Numbered from the stretch's first letter, positions 18,568 to 27,218 are shown. The stretch: DNA of 27,258 nt from Candidatus Micrarchaeota archaeon (GCA_041694885.1 JBGFRX010000020.1:1-27258); one strand, 5' to 3'. Notes: a model not told the origin generated them from the letters alone. A program made the numbers and translations.

Positions 18568-18642
18568 TTACTGATGGCCATAGCCAAAGCTAAAGAAGAA
18601 GCGGAAGTATGCATTCCAGTTGTTTTTTTTAGCTATTGCCAT
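18568..18642 (-). CDS. Putative aromatic-amino-acid leader peptide MAIAKKNNWNAYFRFFFSFGYGHQ
   Basis: Manual translation: 8 of 24 codons are W/Y/F, all within codons 9-21. Lies directly upstream of aroF. An alternative in-frame ATG at 18654 adds MCFR. Confidence 0.75.
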   Translation of the reverse strand: MAIAKKNNWNAYFRFFFSFGYGHQ

Positions 18643-18689
18643 CCTAAAACACATTTTTCCATCTATTGATGTATTTACGAGCACAAAAT

Positions 18690-19526
18690 TTATAAACGGT
18701 TGCTCATCGCCTTCGAAAAGGCCCCTGTTTCTTCCAGTGCTTTTTTCTCGTTTTGTGTACTAATCCTTCCGTTCTTGATATATCTGGCGTAAATGTTCAC
18801 TATTTCGCTACCCACGATTATTCCATCAACTCCTGCATCTGCGAATGTTTTAACATGCTCCGGCTTGGAAATACCGAATCCTACTGCCAACGGCAATGCA
18901 GTGATTTTTTTCGCACGTTTTACGAGTTCGAGCGCCTCCTCTGCCACTTTTTCCCTTGCGCCTGTGATGCCAAGCACAGAAACTGCGTAAATGAAGCCCC
19001 TTGATTTTTCAGCGATTTTTTCTATCCGCTCATTCGTGCAGTTCGGACTTATGAGGTAAACAAGGTCAATGCCTATTTTCACACATTCCTTTCTCAGCCC
19101 TTTTGACTCCTCGAGCGGAATATCTGGCACTATAATCGCATCAGCCCCAGCTTCCTTGAGCTGCCTCAGGAAATTGACAACGCCGTTGGCGAATATTATG
19201 TTGTAATAGGTCATTGCTATTATGGGGGCGGAAATTCCTTTTTTGCGCAGCTGCATTATCACTTCCATCGCTTTCTTCGGAGTCATTCCGTTCGCAAGCG
19301 CACGCGAGGACGCATCCTGTATCGTTTTGCCGTCAGCAATCGGATCAGAGAACGGGATTCCGAACTCCACTGCATCCGCGCCGTTCGCTACCAGCGCCTC
19401 CACTAATTTAATTGTGAATTCAGGAGAAGGGTCGCCGCAGCATACGTATGGCATGAATGCGGGCTTTCCCCCCTTAGCATTCGCGTTTTGCGTCTTGCGT
19501 TTTGCGAACATTTCATTTAATTTCAT
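18690..19526 (-). CDS. trpA: Tryptophan synthase alpha chain
   Basis: [42 protein letters not shown] and GIIVGS motifs. Confidence 0.96.
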   Translation of the reverse strand: MKLNEMFAKRKTQNANAKGGKPAFMPYVCCGDPSPEFTIKLVEALVANGADAVEFGIPFSDPIADGKTIQDASSRALANGMTPKKAMEVIMQLRKKGISAPIIAMTYYNIIFANGVVNFLRQLKEAGADAIIVPDIPLEESKGLRKECVKIGIDLVYLISPNCTNERIEKIAEKSRGFIYAVSVLGITGAREKVAEEALELVKRAKKITALPLAVGFGISKPEHVKTFADAGVDGIIVGSEIVNIYARYIKNGRISTQNEKKALEETGAFSKAMSNRL

Positions 19527-20721
19527 AAGCGATACCCTCGATCCTTCTCACGTGCTCCACGTCCTTGTCCCCTCTTCCGGAAAGGTTCACGATTATGGTC
19601 TTGCCTTTTCCCGCTTCTTTTGCGACCTTAAGCGCGTGCGCCACTGCGTGCGCGCTTTCCAGCGCAGGGATTATTCCCTCAAGCACGGAAAGCAGGTGGA
19701 ATGCCGCGAGCGCCTCCTTATCGAGCACTGAAACGTACTGCACCCTTCCTTCATCGTGAAGTTTCGCATGTTCAGGACCAACTCCTGCATAGTCCAGCCC
19801 TGCTGAAACCGAATGGGTTTCCTTTATCTGGCCGTCCTCATCCTCGAGCAGATAGCTCATCATTCCCTGAAGTACCCCTTGCCTGCCGTCGCCGGTGAGG
19901 CGCGCAGCATGCTTTCTGCCATCCCCTCCTGCTTCCACACCAATCATTATGGGTCTCGTGTTCCTGGTTTTCAGTTTTGTGTTGTTTTGTTTTTCCAAAA
20001 AAGGATAAAACAAACCAATGGAGTTGCTTCCTCCTCCAACGCACGCGATAAGGTAATCGGGAAGCGTGCCTTCTGCTTTCATTATCTGTTTCTTTGCCTC
20101 CTTGCCTATCACTGACTGGAAATCCCTCACCATGGTCGGATAAGGGTGCGGGCCGAGCGCAGAGCCGAGTAAGTAATGGGTAGTGGGGAAATTCGCAGTA
20201 TAGTCCCTTAGAGCGTCGTTCACCGCATCCTTTAGCGTCTGCGTTCCGCTTGTAACTATGTTCACCTTTGCTCCAAGGAGCTTCATCCTGAATACGTTCG
20301 GCGCCTGCCTTTCGGCATCTATTTTTCCCATGTAAATTTCGCACTTCATTCCGAAAAGCGCAGCAGCAGCAGCAGTGGCGACCCCATGTTGGCCGGCACC
20401 TGTCTCAGCGATTATCCGCGTTTTTCCCATTTTTTTTGCGAGTAGTATCTGGCCTATTGCATTGTTTATTTTGTGCGCCCCAGTATGCAGGAGGTCCTCG
20501 CGCTTCAGATATATCTTCGCCCCGCCTATCTTCCCAGTGAGCCGCTGCGCCAGATAGAGCGGTGTCTCCCTTCCAGCATACGTCCTCAAATAGTGCCCGA
20601 ACTCTTTTTGGAATTCCGCATCCCGGCTGTATTTCGTATACGCTTGCTCAAGCTCGCTTAGCGCTGGCACAAGTGTTTCAGGCACGAATTGCCCCCCGTA
20701 TTTTCCGAAATATCTGTTCAT
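19513..20721 (-). CDS. trpB: Tryptophan synthase beta chain (TrpB1)
   Basis: [45 protein letters not shown] and NLSGRGDKD motifs. Confidence 0.97.
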   Translation of the reverse strand: MNRYFGKYGGQFVPETLVPALSELEQAYTKYSRDAEFQKEFGHYLRTYAGRETPLYLAQRLTGKIGGAKIYLKREDLLHTGAHKINNAIGQILLAKKMGKTRIIAETGAGQHGVATAAAAALFGMKCEIYMGKIDAERQAPNVFRMKLLGAKVNIVTSGTQTLKDAVNDALRDYTANFPTTHYLLGSALGPHPYPTMVRDFQSVIGKEAKKQIMKAEGTLPDYLIACVGGGSNSIGLFYPFLEKQNNTKLKTRNTRPIMIGVEAGGDGRKHAARLTGDGRQGVLQGMMSYLLEDEDGQIKETHSVSAGLDYAGVGPEHAKLHDEGRVQYVSVLDKEALAAFHLLSVLEGIIPALESAHAVAHALKVAKEAGKGKTIIVNLSGRGDKDVEHVRRIEGIAYEIK

Positions 20722-20768
20722 GATATCACGCTGTTTTCAATAACCATCATAACCACAGTTCACAAACT

Positions 20769-21536
20769 CTAATCCACCGCTAACTTCAATTCCCTTATTT
20801 TTTCCTTCAAATTTTGCGCCTTCCATATCGCAGTACCCACGAGCGCCCCCTTCGCTCCGGCCTTCTTCACGAACCTGATGTCCTGCCCTGTTTTTATTCC
20901 ACTTTCGCTTATGAGCGGCCTGTCCAATTCTGCATTTTCCAGAATCTCCCTGGTCCTATTCAGGTCCACTTTGAGCGTCCTCAAATCCCTGTTGTTTATT
21001 CCCAAAATATCCGCATCAGTGCCCAGCGCAGCTTTCATCTCGTCACCATCGTAGCATTCGAGCAGCACTTCAAGTCCTTTTTCGTGCGCAAACCCTATCA
21101 GGTGCTCCAAATTCAGGTCCTCGCGTTTTGCAACCTTCACGATCAGGAGTATCGCGTCCGCGCCAACGTTCTTCGCTGCCTCTATCTGTTTTTCCTCCAT
21201 CACAAAATCCTTGAACAGCACAGGAAGCCCGGTTTTTTTCGCAATTGTAACGTTCTTCAGATTCCCTCTGAATATCTTCGGCTCCACGACCACGGAAATC
21301 GCGTCCGAGCCGCTTTCAAGGAAGTCCATGGCTGCCTTTTCCACATCAATATTGTCGAAAGAATATTCGCCCGCAGGGGACGCGTGCTTTATTTCAGTTA
21401 TGAGTGTGAATCTGTTCCTTTCCATTTTTTCCCTGAGCGAGACCTTCTTCGTATTCGCGCCCGCGCCGATATCGTAATATCCTTCCTTTATGCTTTGCTT
21501 TGCATTCGCGATGAATTTGTCCAGTATGTCCGCCAT
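20769..21536 (-). CDS. trpC: Indole-3-glycerol phosphate synthase
   Basis: EIKHASP, KDF, GADAILLI, GINNRDLRTL, ISESGI and LVGTA motifs. Confidence 0.94.
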   Translation of the reverse strand: MADILDKFIANAKQSIKEGYYDIGAGANTKKVSLREKMERNRFTLITEIKHASPAGEYSFDNIDVEKAAMDFLESGSDAISVVVEPKIFRGNLKNVTIAKKTGLPVLFKDFVMEEKQIEAAKNVGADAILLIVKVAKREDLNLEHLIGFAHEKGLEVLLECYDGDEMKAALGTDADILGINNRDLRTLKVDLNRTREILENAELDRPLISESGIKTGQDIRFVKKAGAKGALVGTAIWKAQNLKEKIRELKLAVD

Positions 21537-21539
21537 CTT

Positions 21540-22628
21540 CTATTCACCTGTGAATTTCACCAGCGCATTCAATTTTTCCCGCGCTTTTCCGGAATCGATG
21601 GATTCGTTTGCAATTCCTATGCCATCCTTTAATGTTTGTGCATTTCTTCCCGCGTAAATCGCAGCTGCTGCATTTATCACCGAAATATCGCGCGCAGCTC
21701 CCTTCTCCCCATTGAGCACGCCCAAAATTATTTTCGCGCTCTCTTCCTTTGAATCGCATTTGGGAATTTCCTTTTTGGCGAATCCAAACTCCTTCGCGTC
21801 GAGTTCGTAGCTTTTTATTTCCCCATCTTTAAGTTCGGAAATATTCGTTTTTCCCAGGCCGATTTCATCCATTCCTTCGGAATGCACCACCAATGCGTTT
21901 TCAGTTCCAAGGGAATGAAGGACTTTTGCGAACCTTTCCGTGAGGGAAGGTGAAAAAACGCCGAGCACCTGCGCTTTCGCATTTGCAGGATTGGTGAGCG
22001 GACCGAGAAGGTTGAATATAGTGCGTATTCCAAGCTCTTTCCTGACAGGTCCCACGTTCTTCATCGCAGGATGGAAGAAAGGCGCGAACATGAACCCAAT
22101 CCCTACTTTTTCAATGCATTTTTCAACCTGCTGCGGCTGGAGCATTTTCGCGCCCAATTGCTCAAGAACATCCGCAGAGCCGGACGCGCTTGAGATCGAG
22201 CGGTTTCCATGCTTCGCGATTTTCACCCCTGCTCCAGCAGCTATGAACGCAGCTGCAGTGGAAATGTTAAACGTGTGTGAAGAATCCCCCCCGGTGCCGC
22301 AGGTGTCAACGAGTTTAGAATTTGGAGTTTCGGGTTTCCCGGAGCCTGTTTTGGCCATTCGATCGGAAGTTCGTGAATTTCCGGAGAAGTTCCCGACTGC
22401 GGCCCCTTCTGCATAGCCAAAGGTCGGGTGGATTTGCACAGCATTTTTCCTCATTACTTTCGCGAACGCAGCAATTTCATCTTCTGTTTCGCCTTTGAGC
22501 CGGAGCGCTACGAGCAGCGCAGCTGTCTGCGCAGCAGTGTATTTGGCATTCATCATCGCGTCCATTGCGCTTTCCGCTTCTTCAGCGGAAAGGTCCTTTC
22601 CTGCGATGAGTTTTTGCAACAGTTCCAT
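21540..22628 (-). CDS. trpD: Anthranilate phosphoribosyltransferase
   Basis: DTCGTGGD, NISTA, AKHGNRS, GSADVLE and RTIFNLLGPLTNP motifs; ~30-aa insertion before DTCGTGG. Confidence 0.96.
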   Translation of the reverse strand: MELLQKLIAGKDLSAEEAESAMDAMMNAKYTAAQTAALLVALRLKGETEDEIAAFAKVMRKNAVQIHPTFGYAEGAAVGNFSGNSRTSDRMAKTGSGKPETPNSKLVDTCGTGGDSSHTFNISTAAAFIAAGAGVKIAKHGNRSISSASGSADVLEQLGAKMLQPQQVEKCIEKVGIGFMFAPFFHPAMKNVGPVRKELGIRTIFNLLGPLTNPANAKAQVLGVFSPSLTERFAKVLHSLGTENALVVHSEGMDEIGLGKTNISELKDGEIKSYELDAKEFGFAKKEIPKCDSKEESAKIILGVLNGEKGAARDISVINAAAAIYAGRNAQTLKDGIGIANESIDSGKAREKLNALVKFTGE

Positions 22629-22629
22629 A

Positions 22630-23271
22630 TCATAGCCCCAGAAAATTTTCCACTATCTTCTTTCCATCCTGTGTCATAATGCTTTCCGGGTGAAACTGAA
22701 CCCCGTAAACAGGAAAGATCTTGTGCTGGACTGCCATTACCACGTCATCATCCATGCTTGTCGCGGTTATTTCAAGGCAGTCCGGAATGTCAGTTCCAGC
22801 AAGGGAATGGTAGCGCATAACCTTCAGCGGATTCGCAACGCCCTTGAAAATGCCCTTTCCATTGTGCCCTATTTCGCTCGTCTTTCCGTGCATCGGCCTA
22901 TTCTTCACTATTTTTCCCCCGAAATGATGGATTATGCCCTGATGGCCCAGACAGACGCCTAATATAGGCGGCTTCTCTGAAAAATATGCTGTTCCGCGTT
23001 CAGCGTTAAGTGTTTTGCCTCCGCGTTCGGGACCCGAAATCCCAGGTGCGAAACCTTCAAGTATGTCAGAGCACACGCCGAAATCCCGTTTATTTGCAGG
23101 GTAACCTGGCCCAGGGGAGAGCACTATTTTTTCCGGAGCGAGTTCCCCTATCTCATCCAGAGTTATCTCGTCGTTCCTCTTCACCACCGGTTCTGCTCCC
23201 AAGTCCCCGAAATACTGGAAGAGATTGTACACGAAAGAATCGTAGTTATCTATGATAAGTATCATAGTCAT
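22630..23271 (-). CDS. trpG: Anthranilate synthase component II
   Basis: IDNYDSF, LSPGPG, LGVCLGHQ, RYHSL and GVQFHPES motifs; ~20-aa insertion before PILGVC. Confidence 0.95.
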   Translation of the reverse strand: MTMILIIDNYDSFVYNLFQYFGDLGAEPVVKRNDEITLDEIGELAPEKIVLSPGPGYPANKRDFGVCSDILEGFAPGISGPERGGKTLNAERGTAYFSEKPPILGVCLGHQGIIHHFGGKIVKNRPMHGKTSEIGHNGKGIFKGVANPLKVMRYHSLAGTDIPDCLEITATSMDDDVVMAVQHKIFPVYGVQFHPESIMTQDGKKIVENFLGL

Positions 23272-24611
23272 ACCCCATATTTTGCCTCGAGCGCGCCAAG
23301 CAGCGCACCCATCTTGTTCTCCGTCTCGAAATATTCCTTTTCCGGATTTGAATCGTACACGATTCCTGCGCCTGCCTGCACGTGCGCTTTCTGCCTTTTC
23401 GCGAACAAAGTTCTTATGGATATTGCGAAGTCGCAGTTTCCGTCGAAGGAGAAATAACCCGCTGCTCCTGCATAAGGTCCTCTCCTGTCCGGCTCCAGTT
23501 CATCGATTATTTCCATCGCGCGCACTTTTGGCGCACCTGAGACCGTACCTGCAGGAAACAGGGCATCCAATGCATCAAAGCAGTCCTTTCCATCCCTCAA
23601 TTCGCCGACAACATGCGAAGCGATGTGCTGGACATGGGAGTATTTATGCACTTCCATCAATTCAGGAACTTTCACCGAATTGAATCTGGCGACTTTTCCT
23701 ACATCATTTCGTGTCAAATCAACAAGCATCAGGTGCTCCGCCCTTTCCTTTTCGTCGTTTAAAAGTTCGGTTTCGAGTTTCCGGTCTTCGGTTTCGGTTT
23801 TTCCCCTCGCTCTTGTTCCTGCAAGAGTTGCATAACTGTCTATCTTTCTTCCTTCGATCCTTACCAGATTTTCCGGGCTCGAGCCGATTATCCTCCTGTC
23901 CCCGAAACTGAGGAAATACATATAAGGCGAGGGATTGATGTGTTTGAGGTGGTTATAGAATCCGAGTATGTTGCCTTCAAACGGGAATTCGTACCTCCTT
24001 GAAAGCACCACCTGGAATATCTCCCCATCAGTTATTTTCTCCTTCGCAGCGAGCACCATCTCCTCGAATTTTTCCTTCTCCACATTCGTCCTGGGATTTC
24101 CTGCCTCGAACGGCCCGAAGAACGCGTCTTCTTTCGCGATGCGCAATATTTCCCTGGTGCGGTCTTCGGAACGGGAAACGTATTTCACCGTCTTGTCCCT
24201 GTGGTCGTAGATTATGCAGTCTTTGAATATTCCGAATTCGAAATCAGGGAATCCGGCATCGCCCCCTTTCTTTTCAGGGATGCTCTCCAAATTCCTTACG
24301 TAATCGTAGGAGATATAGCCAACCGCGCCTCCGGAAAAGCCCTCGCTTGCACCATGCTTTGCGCCGGATTTCCCCAGCTCTTCTGCAACCGCACGCAGGG
24401 GATTTTTCAGCTCCTTTTCCTCGCCTTCCACCGAAACGACGTTCTTTTCAGCAGTTATGTGCTTTTCAGGCTCGAAGCCGATGAACGAGAACCTCGCCAG
24501 TTTCTCCTTGCCTTCCATGGACTCGAGCAGGAACGTTTCTGGGTATTCCCTGCTTAGGAGCAGGTAGAACTGGTATGGATTAAGAGTTATTCTAAGTTCC
24601 TTTGAGAGCAT
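23268..24611 (-). CDS. trpE: Anthranilate synthase component I
   Basis: LLES (Trp feedback site), GEIFQVVLS, NPSPYM, EHLMLVDL, PAGTVSGAPK and AGAGIV motifs. Confidence 0.96.
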   Translation of the reverse strand: MLSKELRITLNPYQFYLLLSREYPETFLLESMEGKEKLARFSFIGFEPEKHITAEKNVVSVEGEEKELKNPLRAVAEELGKSGAKHGASEGFSGGAVGYISYDYVRNLESIPEKKGGDAGFPDFEFGIFKDCIIYDHRDKTVKYVSRSEDRTREILRIAKEDAFFGPFEAGNPRTNVEKEKFEEMVLAAKEKITDGEIFQVVLSRRYEFPFEGNILGFYNHLKHINPSPYMYFLSFGDRRIIGSSPENLVRIEGRKIDSYATLAGTRARGKTETEDRKLETELLNDEKERAEHLMLVDLTRNDVGKVARFNSVKVPELMEVHKYSHVQHIASHVVGELRDGKDCFDALDALFPAGTVSGAPKVRAMEIIDELEPDRRGPYAGAAGYFSFDGNCDFAISIRTLFAKRQKAHVQAGAGIVYDSNPEKEYFETENKMGALLGALEAKYGV

Positions 24612-24624
24612 GGTTTTCACGCTT

Positions 24625-24725
24625 TGTATATGCACTAATGTAATATTTAATACTTTTGTGCATAAAAATATACATTACGTCCACATGCCCTTTGCGTGCA
24701 AACGATACGCGCGAAGGTTTTTATT
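24625..24725. promoter_or_regulatory. Divergent trpE / ACT-gene promoter region with nested inverted repeats
   Basis: Minus-strand AAAAG-TATTAAAT (~24645-24657); plus-strand CGAAGG-TTTTTATT (~24712-24725); TATGCAC/GTGCATA arms at 24629-24635 and 24658-24664. Confidence 0.55.
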
Positions 24726-24759
24726 GCGGAGGGGGCAAAAAAACGAACAGGTGGCGCAT

Positions 24760-25161
24760 ATGAAACCAATCACAATGGTGCTGAGCGACAGGGTAGGGCT
24801 TATCTCAGACATATCTTACGTACTCGGGAAAGAAAAAATAAACATAGACGGCCTGAGCGCGAGTGTTGTGGGGAAGAAGATAGCGATAACGATACTGGTT
24901 AAGAACCACGAGAAGGCGAAGGAAGTGCTTGCGAAGAATGGGTACAGGAACCTGGATAATGACTACTGCGTGGTCATGGTAAAGGACGCTCCAGGGGAGC
25001 TGTCCAAAATAACCGGCCTGCTCAAGAAGGCGAGGATAAACATACTCAACCTGCTCCAGGTAGAGAGCGACGGCAATTACGCGATGGTTTCGCTCAAGAC
25101 AAACAAGCCCAAGGCGGCAAGGGATATCCTGAAGCCCTATTTTGCAGAGGAGCTGCTATAA
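24760..25161 (+). CDS. Tandem ACT-domain protein, paralog 2
   Basis: MKPITMVLSDRVGLISDISYVL..INI and KDAPGELSKIT..INI; AGGTGG SD upstream. Confidence 0.88.
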   Translation: MKPITMVLSDRVGLISDISYVLGKEKINIDGLSASVVGKKIAITILVKNHEKAKEVLAKNGYRNLDNDYCVVMVKDAPGELSKITGLLKKARINILNLLQVESDGNYAMVSLKTNKPKAARDILKPYFAEELL

Positions 25162-26181
25162 TTCGAGCTCTATTTCCTTCTTTTTCCCATCTATTGCGAG
25201 GACTTTGTACCGGCGTAGTGCTTCGGACAATTCGTTCATTCCCGCCTTCTTGGCAATTTCCACTATCTCCTCTATCTTCCGATAATTCGCGTAAATGAAA
25301 TCACCTTTTTCCTTCGCATCCTTCCCTTCCATTTTCAATTTTTCGAGCATTTCCATCTGCTCCTTCAACCGGCGCCCCAGCTGTTCCTGTCTCGCCTTAC
25401 GCGTTTCCTGTTCAGGGGCATTAGTGTAATATTCCTCCATCGCTTCACTCAAACTAGGCATTTCCCTGCTTTCCAGATTCGCATATTTCGCAAATTTAAC
25501 AAGAGCGTAATCAACCACCTTATTATTTTCGAGGAAAAGCAGCGGCCTTAATCCGTGCAGGATATTTTCATATTCCCTTTTAAGGCATGAGATCTCATCC
25601 TGCGAAAGCGCATCTCCCTGCTTCTTCTCATCGATTCTGCACCTTTCGAGCATCTCCTTCGCGTACTCCTTTCCCAAAGGCAGCCTGAGAAGGCACACGA
25701 TTGCGTATTTTCCGGAAAGGGTTTTTTCCAGCTCTTCGGTGATTTCGCTTTTGGGTTCCCTGTATCCCTCGCCTTTCGCAAGAGCCCTGTCCTTCCATTT
25801 CTCCTCGCGCAGAGCTTCGGCTATTTTTCCATTCTTATCAGTAAGAATGATATTGCCCTTTGCGAACATCTCCAGAAATAAAATATTTTTCTCGAACTCG
25901 AAAGCAACTATGCGGTCCTTTCCGCACTGATAAGCCCGCATCAGCATTTGGTTGTCCAGGATTTTCTTCAATCGCCTGGTGAAGTTCGTCCCTTCCTCTG
26001 CCTTCGAAATGTATTTCGCAATCCCGACCCTGAGCGGAAGCTCTATAATCACCTGCATGTCTCCGATTTTGAGCCGGAAAAACTTTTCTCCAAGGGAATA
26101 GATTTTGGAAAAATGCCTGCCCTCCATTTGCTGAAGCTCGCGTACTATGTACGAATATTCGATATTTTGCATTTCGCGCAT
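25156..26181 (-). CDS. Rqc2/NFACT N-terminal half (NFACT-N, HhH, first coiled coil)
   Basis: NF.RRLKK.L, GKDRIV (conserved DR), LEMFAKGNIILTD, WKDR, LGKEYAKE, SLSEAMEEYY and KGDFIYANY motifs; stops after EIELEL. Confidence 0.88.
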   Translation of the reverse strand: MREMQNIEYSYIVRELQQMEGRHFSKIYSLGEKFFRLKIGDMQVIIELPLRVGIAKYISKAEEGTNFTRRLKKILDNQMLMRAYQCGKDRIVAFEFEKNILFLEMFAKGNIILTDKNGKIAEALREEKWKDRALAKGEGYREPKSEITEELEKTLSGKYAIVCLLRLPLGKEYAKEMLERCRIDEKKQGDALSQDEISCLKREYENILHGLRPLLFLENNKVVDYALVKFAKYANLESREMPSLSEAMEEYYTNAPEQETRKARQEQLGRRLKEQMEMLEKLKMEGKDAKEKGDFIYANYRKIEEIVEIAKKAGMNELSEALRRYKVLAIDGKKKEIELEL

Positions 26182-26230
26182 ATTCGGGTTTCTGCAAATG
26201 GCTTTTATTTGTTATCTGCCAATTCGCTAT

Positions 26231-27202
26231 ATGGACGCCTATTCTCTACTGCTCGAAAAGATGTCCAAAGAAGAGCTCGAGCGCAAAATAGAAGAGAAGA
26301 TAAACTTCCTGGGAGGCTTCCTCACGCGCGAGGCGGCGCTAAACATAGTTGCGAACGAGAGCGGGGTGCGAAAAAAAGAGGAGAAGGTAAAATTGAGGAA
26401 AATCGGCGAAGGCGCGAACAACGCCTTCGTGGTCGCAAAGCTCCAGCGGATTCTGGAATTGCAGGATTTTGGGAACGGAAAGAAGATGAGGAAAATCGTC
26501 TTGTCCGATGAAAGCGGCGAGCGCGAGCTGAAATTGTGGAACGAAGATGTTGAATTGCTGAATAACCTCCATGCAGGCGACCTGCTGGAAATAAGAGGCA
26601 TCTACTGCAAGAACAACGAATTGGGGCTCGGCTATTCAGGGGAGATGAAGGTGGTGGAGCACGCTTCCTTTGCGGAGCTCGGGGCTTTGGTTGATTTGGA
26701 AGGGAAAAGCGCGAACGTGCGCGGCTATGTAGAGGGCATAGAAGGGATGAAGGAATACGAAAAGAATGGGGAGAAAAGGAAAATGTTCTCATTTGCAGTT
26801 TCCGACGGGCAAAACAGCGCAAGGGTGGTAATCTGGACAAATGCAGAAAGGGGGAACGAACTTTTCCCTGGAACTGAAATAAAGATAGAGAACGCGCTCG
26901 TGCGCAACGGCGAATTGCACATCAATTTCTCCTCCCGTTTGCTGGTAAAAAAAAAGCGCGAGGGCCTGAGCGGAAAAATTGATGGTCTGGAAAGCGAAGG
27001 CGGACAGTTGGTTTTGATATTTGAGAATGGGGAAAGGCACGGATTTTCCAGGGAGGATGCGCTGAAAATACTGGGCGCAAAGGTTGCGGACGACATTGCG
27101 CTCGAAACCATTGTCGAATTGAAAAAGAAGCAGTTCTTAGGCAGGGAAGTTTTTATAGAGGTCAGGGAAGGAAAAGTCGCGAAAACAACGCTGAAGAGTT
27201 AG
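26231..27202 (+). CDS. Replication protein A-like OB-fold ssDNA-binding protein
   Basis: N-terminal GGFLTREAALNIVA helical motif plus OB folds (LSDESGERELKLWNE, VSDGQNSARVVIW, IKIENA). Confidence 0.82.
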   Translation: MDAYSLLLEKMSKEELERKIEEKINFLGGFLTREAALNIVANESGVRKKEEKVKLRKIGEGANNAFVVAKLQRILELQDFGNGKKMRKIVLSDESGERELKLWNEDVELLNNLHAGDLLEIRGIYCKNNELGLGYSGEMKVVEHASFAELGALVDLEGKSANVRGYVEGIEGMKEYEKNGEKRKMFSFAVSDGQNSARVVIWTNAERGNELFPGTEIKIENALVRNGELHINFSSRLLVKKKREGLSGKIDGLESEGGQLVLIFENGERHGFSREDALKILGAKVADDIALETIVELKKKQFLGREVFIEVREGKVAKTTLKS

Positions 27203-27204
27203 GT

Positions 27205-27218
27205 GTTTTTTGTTTTAT
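27205..27218 (+). terminator. Oligo-T archaeal terminator candidate
   Basis: GTTTTTTGTTTTATT immediately after the RPA stop codon. Confidence 0.45.

Noticed and set aside
18633..18662. Alternative short ORF MEKCVLGWQ* overlapping the leader start
   Set aside because: Different frame with only one aromatic codon and no independent support, though it could affect leader initiation if the TSS is at ~18662.
23765..23805. ccgaaac-like repeats in trpE (KTETEDRKLETELL)
   Set aside because: Corresponds to the normal conserved-length segment before DEKERAEH, so it is not an insertion.
24675..24686. Micro-ORF Met-Trp-Thr-stop upstream of trpE
   Set aside because: A single Trp codon, upstream of the apparent trpE TATA box, with no associated hairpin; expected by chance.
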